Shown piece after piece: positions 16,980 through 25,693 of a stretch of DNA of 37,741 nt. The stretch spans positions 1-37,741 of the forward strand of contig JAHXGO010000002.1 of the NCBI GenBank assembly GCA_019923695.1, given 5' to 3'. Each line of letters begins with the position of its first letter. The stretch's first letter is position 1. The translations under genes and the position numbers were made by a program. The DNA is from Candidatus Liptonbacteria bacterium. GTDB taxonomy: Bacteria; Patescibacteriota; Minisyncoccia; UBA6257; Colwellbacteraceae. The notes under the pieces were generated by a model. That model was not told where the DNA came from and ran no database searches. It was given only the letters and a program-made list of their open reading frames with translations.

Positions 16980-17462
16980 CTAATTTATTATTTTAATTTT
17001 TGGTTTTTGATTTTTAATTTTTTTTAACGCTTCTATAGTTGCCATAGCGTTAGTTAATTTATTTTTAGTAGTACCCAAACATTTAGCGGTAATATCAGTA
17101 ATTCCGGCAAGCGAAAGAACTGCCCTAACCGCCCCTCCGGCAAGCAAACCATGACCATGTTTAGCCGATTTAAGTAAAACTTTAGCGGCGCTAAATTTTG
17201 CCATAACTTCATGAGGGATTGTTCTTTTTTTTAAAGGAACAAAAATAAGATGCTTTCTAGCTTCGATTTTAGCTTTTTGGACTGCCTGATTAACATCAAC
17301 TCCTTTAGCAATACCAACCCCAACTCTGCCTTTACCATTACCAATTGCCACTGTTGCCCGAAAACGAAAACGCTTTCCTCCAGCAACAACTCTAGTTACC
17401 CTTCTTAAGTCCAAAACTTGTTCTTGGAATTCTTCTGTATTAGCTCTTTTGAATGGAAGCAT
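16980..17462 (-). CDS. rpsE: 30S ribosomal protein uS5
   Basis: RVTRVVAGGKRFRF, AGGAVRAVL. Confidence 0.98.
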   Translation of the reverse strand: MLPFKRANTEEFQEQVLDLRRVTRVVAGGKRFRFRATVAIGNGKGRVGVGIAKGVDVNQAVQKAKIEARKHLIFVPLKKRTIPHEVMAKFSAAKVLLKSAKHGHGLLAGGAVRAVLSLAGITDITAKCLGTTKNKLTNAMATIEALKKIKNQKPKIKIIN

Positions 17463-17466
17463 AATA

Positions 17467-17856
17467 TTAGATTTTTATTCCTTCTTTTCTTAAAATCTCG
17501 ACAATAATTTTTATCCGACCATGATATTTATAACAACCGCGGTCAAAGACCATTGCGCTAATTCCAGCTTCTTTTATTTTTTGAACTAAAATATCGCTAA
17601 CTTTCAAAACCTGATCCGATTTTTTTATTTTTTTCGCCAGAGGCGAATCCGCCGTAAGCGGGAGCTTTGACTTCAACTGAAGGGTAGAAGCAGAAATTAA
17701 AGTATGACCTTTTTCGTCGTCTATCGCCTGAAGATGAATATGATTATTACTTCTTTGAACGGTTAAACGAGGACGTTCTTTAGTGCCTAAAATTTTAGAC
17801 CTTGTTCTTTTTTTTCTTTTTAATCTCTGCTGATTTTTAATAATTGCTTTCTTCAT
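17467..17856 (-). CDS. rplR: 50S ribosomal protein uL18 with short insertion
   Basis: RPRLTVQRSN, VFDRGCYKYHGRI. Confidence 0.97.
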   Translation of the reverse strand: MKKAIIKNQQRLKRKKRTRSKILGTKERPRLTVQRSNNHIHLQAIDDEKGHTLISASTLQLKSKLPLTADSPLAKKIKKSDQVLKVSDILVQKIKEAGISAMVFDRGCYKYHGRIKIIVEILRKEGIKI

Positions 17857-17867
17857 TGTATAATATA

Positions 17868-18419
17868 TTATTTATTATTTGTTGCGGCAGCCAGTTTCTT
17901 TCCGGCCTTTCTCTTAATAATTTCGTCAACATACATAATACCCGTTCCTTTATAAGGTTCAGGTTTTCTAATCCTTCTAATTCTGGCGGCTGTTTCGCCG
18001 ACTAAAAATTTATCCGGCCCGGTAATTTTAACAATGTTTTTTTCAACTGAAATTTTAATACCCATTGGTATAAGAAATTCTACCGGATGAGAATAACCAA
18101 CATTTAAAATCAATTTTTCTCCCTCAATATTTGCCCGGCAACCAACTCCTTCGATTTTCAATGCTTTAACAAAATCTTCCATCGAACCTTTTAAAGCATT
18201 ATTTGACAAAGCGCGTATCGTTCCCCAATTAGATTTTGCTTGTCTTGTATGTTTCTTAATTGAAAAGATAATATTATTATTTTCTATTTTTACTTCTACA
18301 TCAGCTAAAAACTTAACTTTTAATTCGCCATTTTTTCCGGCAAAAACTAAAAACCCCTCCTCTAAACGGACTTTTACTTCTTCTGGAATAAATATCGGTT
18401 TTTTCCCAATTTTAGACAT
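17868..18419 (-). CDS. rplF: 50S ribosomal protein uL6
   Basis: MSKIGKKPI, PEPYKGTGI. Confidence 0.98.
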   Translation of the reverse strand: MSKIGKKPIFIPEEVKVRLEEGFLVFAGKNGELKVKFLADVEVKIENNNIIFSIKKHTRQAKSNWGTIRALSNNALKGSMEDFVKALKIEGVGCRANIEGEKLILNVGYSHPVEFLIPMGIKISVEKNIVKITGPDKFLVGETAARIRRIRKPEPYKGTGIMYVDEIIKRKAGKKLAAATNNK

Positions 18420-18587
18420 ACTAAACTAAAAATTTTAACGAGCCACAAATTTAAATACCTAATTTTTCTTACTAAAGACTAACACTGTTTTAAAAAAATA
18501 TCAATATTTTTTTTAAAAGAAAAAGCGAGATAAAAATCTTATATTTAAAGCCTTGCGTTTTCAACTTGAAAATTTAAACAAAGTCTT

Positions 18588-18971
18588 TTACCAAATTTCA
18601 AAAAGCATTTCTCCGCCAACTTTCATTTTTTTTGCTTCTACATCAGCTAAAATTCCTTTTGGCGTACTTAAAAAATAATTGCCATAACCTTGTTTTGAAA
18701 ATCTAATTTCGTTATAACCTTTATAAACTCTTCTTGAAGACTTACTTAAAAACTTTATGTTTTTTATCGCTGATTCTCCTGATTCGTCGTAATTAAGATC
18801 AATGGAAATTATTTTTTTAACCGTTCTTCCTTTTTTTTGAGCAGACTTTAAATAACCAAATTTAACTAAAGATTCCGCAATCGCCAAATTAATTTTTGAA
18901 TAAGGAACTTTTAGGCTTTTCTTTTTAGCCATAATAGCATTATTAATCATTGTTAACATTATTATATGCAT
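18588..18971 (-). CDS. rpsH: 30S ribosomal protein uS8
   Basis: MLTMINNA, LSTPKGI, VGGEMLFEIW. Confidence 0.96.
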   Translation of the reverse strand: MHIIMLTMINNAIMAKKKSLKVPYSKINLAIAESLVKFGYLKSAQKKGRTVKKIISIDLNYDESGESAIKNIKFLSKSSRRVYKGYNEIRFSKQGYGNYFLSTPKGILADVEAKKMKVGGEMLFEIW

Positions 18972-18986
18972 AGATTTTAAAAAAAA

Positions 18987-19172
18987 TTACCAAGACGCTT
19001 TTTTAACTCCTGGGATTAAACCCTTAGAAACCATTTCTCTAAAACAAATTCTGCAAAGATTAAAATCCCTAATATATCCTTTTTTTCGACCACACTTAAA
19101 ACACCGCCTCACTATACGAGATGAAAACTTTGGTTCTTTTTTTGCTCTTGCGATTACTGATTGTTTTGCCAT
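18987..19172 (-). CDS. rpsZ: 30S ribosomal protein uS14, zinc-binding type Z
   Basis: RCFKCGR...LCRICFRE...PGVKKASW. Confidence 0.97.
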   Translation of the reverse strand: MAKQSVIARAKKEPKFSSRIVRRCFKCGRKKGYIRDFNLCRICFREMVSKGLIPGVKKASW

Positions 19173-19181
19173 TTTATTTTA

Positions 19182-19217
19182 ATTTATTCTCCAGCCATAG
19201 ACTACCCCTAGGCCATA
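19182..19217. repeat. Two units of the 18-bp repeat family, intergenic
   Basis: Reverse complement tatggcctaggggtagtc and tatggctggagaataaat. Confidence 0.65.
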
Positions 19218-19226
19218 AATAATCTT

Positions 19227-19826
19227 TTATTTTTTAAATGGTACTCCTATTTCTTTATAAAAATCAATTGCTTTATTACGATTCCCAGTATTCAAAGCAA
19301 CCGTCACCTGTAAACCAAAACTTGCTTTTGAAATTTCCTGATTTATTTCCGGAAAAACTACCTGCTCTTTAAAGCCAATATTCAGGCCTCCATTTTTATC
19401 AACGCTTTTCAAATCAATCCCTTTAAAATCTCGAACTCGAGGTAAGACCGTATTGATTAATCTTTTAAGAAAATCATTCATCCTTTTTCGCCTTAAAGTA
19501 ATTTTAAGCCCAACAACCTCTCCCTCTCTAACTTTAAAACCAGCTATGGATTTTTTCGATTGAGTGTCTGTTGGTATCTGGCCAGTAATCAAACTTAGTT
19601 CTTTTTTAATTTCCGGTAAAATTTTCTCGTCAAACTGGGAGTTTAGTTGACGGGACTTACCTATCCCAACAGAAACAATAATCTTTTCAATTTTAACCCC
19701 TTTTAAAGAGGCCTCTGTCGAAGATAAGTTTTTAATAAGACCAACATCAAGCGACATATCACTCGATATATTTAATGTCTTATCTACTATATCAGTATTC
19801 TTTTTTTTCTTCTCTTTTTTTATCAT
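19227..19826 (-). CDS. rplE: 50S ribosomal protein uL5 with atypical N-terminus
   Basis: KIEKIIVSVGIG, ITGQ, SIAGFKVREG, LPRVRDFKG. Confidence 0.96.
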   Translation of the reverse strand: MIKKEKKKKNTDIVDKTLNISSDMSLDVGLIKNLSSTEASLKGVKIEKIIVSVGIGKSRQLNSQFDEKILPEIKKELSLITGQIPTDTQSKKSIAGFKVREGEVVGLKITLRRKRMNDFLKRLINTVLPRVRDFKGIDLKSVDKNGGLNIGFKEQVVFPEINQEISKASFGLQVTVALNTGNRNKAIDFYKEIGVPFKK

Positions 19827-19837
19827 TTAAAAAATAA

Positions 19838-20146
19838 TTATTTAAAATTAGAGTCACACTTTTTACAATTTCTTAATTTATTCTCTCCTTCAAATTTAAA
19901 CCCTACTCTTGTTTTTTGTCCACATTTCGGACAAATAATTTTAACATTTGGAGTTGAAATCGGCATAGAAATCAAAACTGTTCGTCCTTTTTCTCCTTCT
20001 TTTTTAGGTTTAATGGATTTTTTATATTGGTTTAGTTCTTGAATAAGAATTTTATTTTTTTGGGGGAAAACAGAACTAACCTTGCCGCTTTTGCCGCGAT
20101 CTTTACCCTTAACTATATAAACATTATCCCCTTTTTTTATTTTCAT
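19838..20146 (-). CDS. rplX: 50S ribosomal protein uL24
   Basis: KIKKGDNV..VKGKDRGKSG (KOW motif); C-terminal CxxC pairs. Confidence 0.97.
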   Translation of the reverse strand: MKIKKGDNVYIVKGKDRGKSGKVSSVFPQKNKILIQELNQYKKSIKPKKEGEKGRTVLISMPISTPNVKIICPKCGQKTRVGFKFEGENKLRNCKKCDSNFK

Positions 20147-20149
20147 ATT

Positions 20150-20518
20150 TTATACAATATTTTTTGCCATTGATACTATTTTTTCAAACCCTTTTTCTTT
20201 AAGTTCTCGAGGGATAGGACCAAAAACTCTTGTTCCCAGCGGTTCGTTTTTATTATTTATCAAAACAACGGCATTATTGTTAAACCGAACATATAATCCG
20301 CCAGCGCGTTTAAAATTGTTTTTTGCTCTTACAATTACAGCTCTTACTTTGTCTTTCTTCTTAACATTTTTTCTCGGTTCTGCCTCTTGAACCGAAGCAA
20401 TAATAATATCTCCGATTCCGGCGTATCGTTTTCTACTACCTCCTAAAACTCTGAAGCACCGAATTAATTTTGCTCCAGAATTATCAGCTACCGTTAAAAT
20501 TGCTCTTTCTTGAATCAT
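20150..20518 (-). CDS. rplN: 50S ribosomal protein uL14
   Basis: VADNSGAK, GTRVFGPIPREL. Confidence 0.98.
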   Translation of the reverse strand: MIQERAILTVADNSGAKLIRCFRVLGGSRKRYAGIGDIIIASVQEAEPRKNVKKKDKVRAVIVRAKNNFKRAGGLYVRFNNNAVVLINNKNEPLGTRVFGPIPRELKEKGFEKIVSMAKNIV

Positions 20519-20528
20519 AGTTTTTATT

Positions 20529-20783
20529 TTAAATCTTTAACGAGGAAACTACCCTCCATCTTTTATCTTTTGATAACGGCCTTGTTTCTTCAATAGTCAC
20601 CTTATCGCCAACTTTGTATTCATCATTTTCATCATGAGCCTTAAGTCTTTTTCTGACCTTAAAATGTTTCTGATATTTTTTATCTATCTTAAAACGATTA
20701 ATTTCAATGACTACGGTTTTCTGCATTTTATCAGAAACAACTATTCCTTCTAATTTTCTTTTCTTTTTTATATTATTTTTCAT
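20529..20783 (-). CDS. rpsQ: 30S ribosomal protein uS17
   Basis: GIVVSDKMQKT, ETRPLSKDKRW. Confidence 0.98.
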   Translation of the reverse strand: MKNNIKKKRKLEGIVVSDKMQKTVVIEINRFKIDKKYQKHFKVRKRLKAHDENDEYKVGDKVTIEETRPLSKDKRWRVVSSLKI

Positions 20784-20792
20784 ATTTTATAT

Positions 20793-21206
20793 TTATTTTT
20801 TTGATATAAATTTAGTTTTAAAAGGAAGTTTATAACTCGCTAATTTTAAAGCTTTTTCAGCAACATCTTCAGAAACACCATCCATTTCAAAAATAATTCT
20901 TCCTGGTTTAACTGGAAAAACATAATATTCAACCGACCCCTTGCCTCCGCCCATTGTCACTTCCGGCGGTTTTTTAGTTATCGGTTTATCAGGAAAAACT
21001 TTAATAAAAATCTTTCCATCTCTTTTAATAAAATGAGACAATGTTTTTCGAGCCGCTTCAATCTGATTTGAAGTTAACCAAGCGCTTCCTAAAGCTTTAA
21101 GACCATATTGGCCGCAAGATAACTTCGTCCCCCTTGTCTCCACCTTTCTTTTTCGAGAACGCCCCTTGTGCCATTTTCTATGTTTTACTTTTTTAGGTAT
21201 TAACAT
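20793..21206 (-). CDS. rplP: 50S ribosomal protein uL16
   Basis: MLIPKKVKHRK, QIEAAR, MGGGKG; start set at the canonical ATG 21206. Confidence 0.97.
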   Translation of the reverse strand: MLIPKKVKHRKWHKGRSRKRKVETRGTKLSCGQYGLKALGSAWLTSNQIEAARKTLSHFIKRDGKIFIKVFPDKPITKKPPEVTMGGGKGSVEYYVFPVKPGRIIFEMDGVSEDVAEKALKLASYKLPFKTKFISKK

Positions 21207-21213
21207 ACTAACT

Positions 21214-21978
21214 TTATTTTTCAGAAAACATTTTTCCTTTATAAATCCAAACCTTGACACCTAAAGTCCCATAAATTGTAAAGGCGGTTATTTCGCCATA
21301 ATCAATATTCGCTCTTAAAGTAGTAAGAGGAAGATTACCAGCTTTAAGCCATTCTCTTCTGGCTATTTCTGCTCCATCAAGTCTGCCTGCAACCTCAATC
21401 TTAGCCCCTTCAACAATTTTATAAGCCATCATTTCGCTCAAATATTTTTTAATTGTTTTTCTAAACTTATATCGTTTTTCTAAATCACTAGCAATGTTTT
21501 GAGCGATAATTTGGGCTGAACATTCATTTCTTGATAATTCTAAAACACTTAAATTAATGCCTACGGTTGTCTTATGTCGATTATCCTGTTCATTATGACC
21601 AGAAGATGGTCTGTGACCAGAAAATAATCTATGGCTAGAGGATAACTTATGATTAGAGGACGGTCCAATATCAATATTTTTCCTAAAGGCAAAAACTTCT
21701 TTGTTTATATTTTTAGTTAATTCTTCAATTCCTTTGCCGCCTCGACCAATAATTAAACCGGGCTTTAAAGCCTTAATCATAATCTTACAAACTCCCGGAA
21801 CTCTCTCTATTTCAATTGAAGCAACACCAGCTTCTTTTAAACGCTTGTTTATAATTTTTCTAATTAAAATATCTTCTTGAAGAAGATAAACGCTAATTTT
21901 TGAATTGCTAAACCAGCGAGAATCCCAATTCTTTAAACTTCCTAATCTTAACAATGTTGGTTTAATTTTTTGCGCCAT
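21214..21978 (-). CDS. rpsC: 30S ribosomal protein uS3 with repeat insertion
   Basis: MAQKIKP..LRLG, KPGLIIGRGG, GRLDGAEIAR, GTLGVKVWIY. Confidence 0.97.
   Translation of the reverse strand: MAQKIKPTLLRLGSLKNWDSRWFSNSKISVYLLQEDILIRKIINKRLKEAGVASIEIERVPGVCKIMIKALKPGLIIGRGGKGIEELTKNINKEVFAFRKNIDIGPSSNHKLSSSHRLFSGHRPSSGHNEQDNRHKTTVGINLSVLELSRNECSAQIIAQNIASDLEKRYKFRKTIKKYLSEMMAYKIVEGAKIEVAGRLDGAEIARREWLKAGNLPLTTLRANIDYGEITAFTIYGTLGVKVWIYKGKMFSEK
21594..21665. repeat. Four degenerate 18-bp units inside rpsC
   Basis: tatgaccagaagatggtc, tgtgaccagaaaataatc, tatggctagaggataact, tatgattagaggacggtc. Confidence 0.9.
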
Positions 21979-22046
21979 ATATGTAATATTTATCAAAACG
22001 ATTTATCAAAATAACTTATTAAAATAATCTAACTAAATAAATATGA

Positions 22047-22586
22047 TTAAACAGCTTTTCGACGAAAAACACGACGGTAAAAATTAGGTTTTTCCGGTTT
22101 GTCAATCCTCTGTTCTTTTCCTTCTTCTTTTTTCTCTATTTGCAATTCTTTCTTTTCGGATTGTCTTTTAACCGCAGACAAAGACTTTTTAGTAATTTTT
22201 TTGTCCTTTTTTTTGCCAACAAATTTAAACCTACTCTTCTTTTCGGAAGATTCTGATAAAATAAGAATAACATGACATCTTTGTTTATGTAAGGGTGTTG
22301 CCCGGCCTTGAGCCCGAGGCAAAGACCTTTTAAGTCTTATTCCTTTATCAACCAAAATATTTTTAATATAAAAATTTTCGATTTTTATTTCTTTATTTTT
22401 ATTATTGACAACATTAGCGATAGCGCTTCTTAATAATTTTAATAAAGAAGCAGCCGCTCTTTCTTTTCTAAACATCAATTCCGCTTCAGCGTCTCCAACC
22501 GGCATACCGATAATAATCCGACTAACGCTTCTAGTTTTTCTCGGAGTTATATCTAAGTTTGATAATTTTACTTTAATTTCTTTCAT
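22047..22586 (-). CDS. rplV: 50S ribosomal protein uL22 with Lys/Glu-rich C-terminal extension
   Basis: ITPRKTR, LLRSAIAN, PRAQGRA. Confidence 0.96.
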   Translation of the reverse strand: MKEIKVKLSNLDITPRKTRSVSRIIIGMPVGDAEAELMFRKERAAASLLKLLRSAIANVVNNKNKEIKIENFYIKNILVDKGIRLKRSLPRAQGRATPLHKQRCHVILILSESSEKKSRFKFVGKKKDKKITKKSLSAVKRQSEKKELQIEKKEEGKEQRIDKPEKPNFYRRVFRRKAV

Positions 22587-22607
22587 CTTAAATTAATTGC
22601 AATCTAA

Positions 22608-22925
22608 TTATTTCTTACGGCTGGAAGAAGGAACATTTTTCCCTGCGGCAGTTTTTTGTTCCATTTCTTTTTGTATTTTTCCGCCATGTCTAAAAAATTT
22701 TTTAGTCGGAGAAAACTCTCCCAAATGATGACCTATCATTTCTTCAACCACTTTGACATTAATAAAATCTTTGCCATTATGAACTGCAAAAATATGACCG
22801 ACCATTTCTGGACAAATTTCGCTATTTCTCGCCCAAGTTTTAATCGACGTACCGATTGGGACTTTGGTTATTTTCTTTAATAATTTTTGATCCACATAAG
22901 GACCCTTTTTAGAACTTCGGCTCAT
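22608..22925 (-). CDS. rpsS: 30S ribosomal protein uS19
   Basis: [27 protein letters not shown]. Confidence 0.98.
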   Translation of the reverse strand: MSRSSKKGPYVDQKLLKKITKVPIGTSIKTWARNSEICPEMVGHIFAVHNGKDFINVKVVEEMIGHHLGEFSPTKKFFRHGGKIQKEMEQKTAAGKNVPSSSRKK

Positions 22926-22929
22926 TTTT

Positions 22930-23769
22930 TTATCTTTTTTTCTTTTTAATTCTTCTTTTTACAATCAAAATATTTGACCATTTATTTTTTTTCCTTGTTC
23001 TTTTCCCGCCGGTTACTTTCCCCCATTTAGTTTTAGGCTTTTTAGTCCCTCTTGGTTGACGACCCTCTCCTCCACCGTAAGGATGATCCCTAGGATTCAT
23101 TGCAGTACCACGAACTGTCGGCCTAATCCCCATCTTTCTTGAGCGGCCAGCTTTGCCAATATTAGTCAATGTCCAATCAGGATTAGAAACCTGACCAATA
23201 CAAGCAAAATTATCCCATAAAACTTTTCTTATTTCTCCGGACGGTATTTTAATATGGGTATAACCAGCGTCATGAGCCAAAACTTCACTGCTTGAACCAG
23301 CTGAACGAATGATTTGTCCGCCTTTTCCGGGATTTAATTCAATATTATAAATGCGATAACCAACAAAAATATTTTTAAGCCGCATTCTATTACCTGGTTT
23401 ATAAGACGCAGAATCTGCAGTAATAATCTCATCTCCAACTTTAACACCTTGGGGGGCCAAAACATACCGACGCTCTCCATCTTTATAAAGAATTTTCATA
23501 ATAAAGGCTGTTCTATAAGGATCATATTCGATGGTTTCAACTTTTGCCGGAATATTTAATTTATCGGCTTGATTAAAATCAACCAAACGGTAAAGTCTTT
23601 TTACTCCTCCACCTTGATGTCTAACCGTTATTCTTCCTTGATTATTCCTGCCGGAAAAAGAAGATAATTTAACTAATAAATTTTTTTGAGGTTTAACCTT
23701 GCTTAATAAACCGTATTCAACTACGGTCATTTGACGCCTTGATGGAGTTGTTGGTTTAAACCTTTTCAT
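22930..23769 (-). CDS. rplB: 50S ribosomal protein uL2
   Basis: [30 protein letters not shown]. Confidence 0.98.
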   Translation of the reverse strand: MKRFKPTTPSRRQMTVVEYGLLSKVKPQKNLLVKLSSFSGRNNQGRITVRHQGGGVKRLYRLVDFNQADKLNIPAKVETIEYDPYRTAFIMKILYKDGERRYVLAPQGVKVGDEIITADSASYKPGNRMRLKNIFVGYRIYNIELNPGKGGQIIRSAGSSSEVLAHDAGYTHIKIPSGEIRKVLWDNFACIGQVSNPDWTLTNIGKAGRSRKMGIRPTVRGTAMNPRDHPYGGGEGRQPRGTKKPKTKWGKVTGGKRTRKKNKWSNILIVKRRIKKKKR

Positions 23770-24062
23770 TTTGATATTGATATAGTTTGACCTTTTTTTA
23801 AAGTGACAATGGCTTTTTTTAAAAAAATTAACTTTTTTGATTGTCCTTTAGTTATAAATTTTCCTTTAGCCATTGATTGTCTTTTAGTTACACAAATTAT
23901 ATTTATCGAAACCGGTTCAACTTTATATTGTTTTTTTATCTCTTTTTTTATCTCATTCTTATTAGCATTTTTATCAACTAAAAAAACATATTTATTTAAA
24001 CCGCCCATTAATTGGGCCTTTTCACTCAAATATATTTTTTGCGCTAACTTAACTTGTTGCAT
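23766..24062 (-). CDS. rplW: 50S ribosomal protein uL23 with repeat-derived loop
   Basis: SEKA, NKYVFLV...ANKNEIK, KKAIVTL. Confidence 0.94.
   Translation of the reverse strand: MQQVKLAQKIYLSEKAQLMGGLNKYVFLVDKNANKNEIKKEIKKQYKVEPVSINIICVTKRQSMAKGKFITKGQSKKLIFLKKAIVTLKKGQTISISK
23839..23892. repeat. Three 18-bp units inside rplW
   Basis: Reverse complement tgtaactaaaagacaatc, aatggctaaaggaaaatt, tataactaaaggacaatc. Confidence 0.85.
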
Positions 24063-24831
24063 GATAATGATTATCTATAATAGAAATCGCATCCTTGTCT
24101 AAAAGAATATGTTTATAACGAAGTAAATCATAAACATTCAAAGAACGAGGGTCAAGACTTTTTGTTCTTAAAATATTTTTAGCTGCCCGAATCAAGTTTT
24201 TTTGGCCAACAGACAACCCTTGACCAAGAGGCAACTCATTAACTCCAGCCGGAATTATTAAAACGCTTATTTTCTGATTTTTATGGCCAACGGACAATCC
24301 ATGGCCGAAGGACAATTTTTTTACCCTTGCTAAAGATAGTTCTGTCTTGGTAAGAGAAGACGCTTGTTTTTGTTGTTTCTCTCTGGGAACAAAAATTTTT
24401 TTTAAAATTTCAGCAACCAATTTCGTTTTTGGTTCGCTAATTTTTAATTGGTCAACTATTTTTATTTCACTATCATTAAATTTTTTTGCCAACGTACTAA
24501 AAATAGCGGCTTGCTTCATTTTTTTGTTAATTTTTATTTTATAGTTCCGGTCTTTTGTCGGTCCGTGAGTAACACCTCCTCCTTTCCAAATAGGAGAACG
24601 AATCGAACCATGTCTTGCCCTGCCTGTTCCTTTTTGACGCCAAGGTTTTTTTCCCCCTCCTCTTACTTCTCCTCTTCCTTTAGAATGAGCTAAAATTTTA
24701 CGGCTATTTTGAGACTGAACATTTAAAGCCTGATAAACAAGGTCCGGATTCCAAGGATATTGAAAAATACGATCTGGAAGATCGGTCTTTCCAATAATTT
24801 CTCCTTCTATATTGTATAAATCAGTATTCAT
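24049..24831 (-). CDS. rplD: 50S ribosomal protein uL4 with insertions
   Basis: RGEVRGGGKKPWRQKGTGRARHGS. Confidence 0.98.
   Translation of the reverse strand: MNTDLYNIEGEIIGKTDLPDRIFQYPWNPDLVYQALNVQSQNSRKILAHSKGRGEVRGGGKKPWRQKGTGRARHGSIRSPIWKGGGVTHGPTKDRNYKIKINKKMKQAAIFSTLAKKFNDSEIKIVDQLKISEPKTKLVAEILKKIFVPREKQQKQASSLTKTELSLARVKKLSFGHGLSVGHKNQKISVLIIPAGVNELPLGQGLSVGQKNLIRAAKNILRTKSLDPRSLNVYDLLRYKHILLDKDAISIIDNHYHATS
24201..24317. repeat. Two separate 2 x 18-bp insertions inside rplD (24201-24236 and 24282-24317)
   Basis: tttggccaacagacaacc+cttgaccaagaggcaact; tatggccaacggacaatc+catggccgaaggacaatt. Confidence 0.9.
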
Positions 24832-24835
24832 AAAA

Positions 24836-25255
24836 CTATATAAAAATTTTTATTTTTACTCCCCTAGCTCCCGGTAAAGGTCCTTTTAGGGCCAAAATTC
24901 TATTCTTATCATCCCATTCAATAATCTTCTTTTTTAAAGTGATTGTTTCGCTTCCGGTTCGACCGGCCATTTTTCTTCCGGGCCAAACTCTTTGAGAGGC
25001 AGTATCGCCGATAGAACCCGGAGCCCGAAGTCTGTTTTTTTGACCGTGAGTTTTCGGTCCACCCCTAAACCCATAACGTTTAACAACTCCTTGAAACCCT
25101 TTTCCCTTAGAAACACCAGTAATTTTTAATATTTTTCCTACCTCAAAATTTGTGTCTTGAACACTATCCTCAATTTTTACCAATGTAACCGGAACTACAT
25201 CGTCTTTGATAAAAATCTGACTCATATTTAATTTTTTAGCGGTAATGTAATTCAT
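24836..25255 (-). CDS. rplC: 50S ribosomal protein uL3, shortened (139 aa)
   Basis: VVPVTLV, SKGKGFQGVVKR, RAPGSIG, KMAGRTG. Confidence 0.95.
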   Translation of the reverse strand: MNYITAKKLNMSQIFIKDDVVPVTLVKIEDSVQDTNFEVGKILKITGVSKGKGFQGVVKRYGFRGGPKTHGQKNRLRAPGSIGDTASQRVWPGRKMAGRTGSETITLKKKIIEWDDKNRILALKGPLPGARGVKIKIFI

Positions 25256-25268
25256 TAAATCTACTTAC

Positions 25269-25324
25269 TACAAAAAAACCGAGTAACCTCCGTAAAAAAC
25301 GAAGTAAACGCGGTTGTTTTTGTA
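25269..25324 (-). promoter_or_regulatory. Long hairpin plus U-tract between rpsJ and rplC (possible attenuator/leader)
   Basis: Minus strand tacaaaaacaaccgcgtttacttcg-tttttta-cggaggttactcggtttttttgta. Confidence 0.45.
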
Positions 25325-25374
25325 TTATTTAAATTTTTATAATTGACTACCCGCGCTTCAATATATTAAATATA

Positions 25375-25680
25375 TTACATCATTTTTATCTCAATGTCCA
25401 CTCCCGCAGGTAGATTAACATCATTTAAAGATTCAATTAATTTTTGAGTCGGCTCTATAATATCAATTATTCGTTTATGAACTCGCATTTCAAATTGTTC
25501 CCTTGAATCCTTATGAACAAAGGTTGAACGATTAACCGTGTATCTTTTAAACTCTGTAGGTAATGGAATTGGGCCAACAGATTTACCATTCAGTCTTCCT
25601 AAAACATCAAAAATCTGCCGGCAGGAATTATCTACTAATTTTTGATCATAAGATCTGATTCTTAATCTTAGTTTTTCCAA
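25375..25680 (-). CDS. rpsJ: 30S ribosomal protein uS10
   Basis: GPIPLPT, HKDSREQFEMRVHKR. Confidence 0.98.
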   Translation of the reverse strand: MEKLRLRIRSYDQKLVDNSCRQIFDVLGRLNGKSVGPIPLPTEFKRYTVNRSTFVHKDSREQFEMRVHKRIIDIIEPTQKLIESLNDVNLPAGVDIEIKMM

Positions 25681-25693
25681 GGTTAAATAAAAA

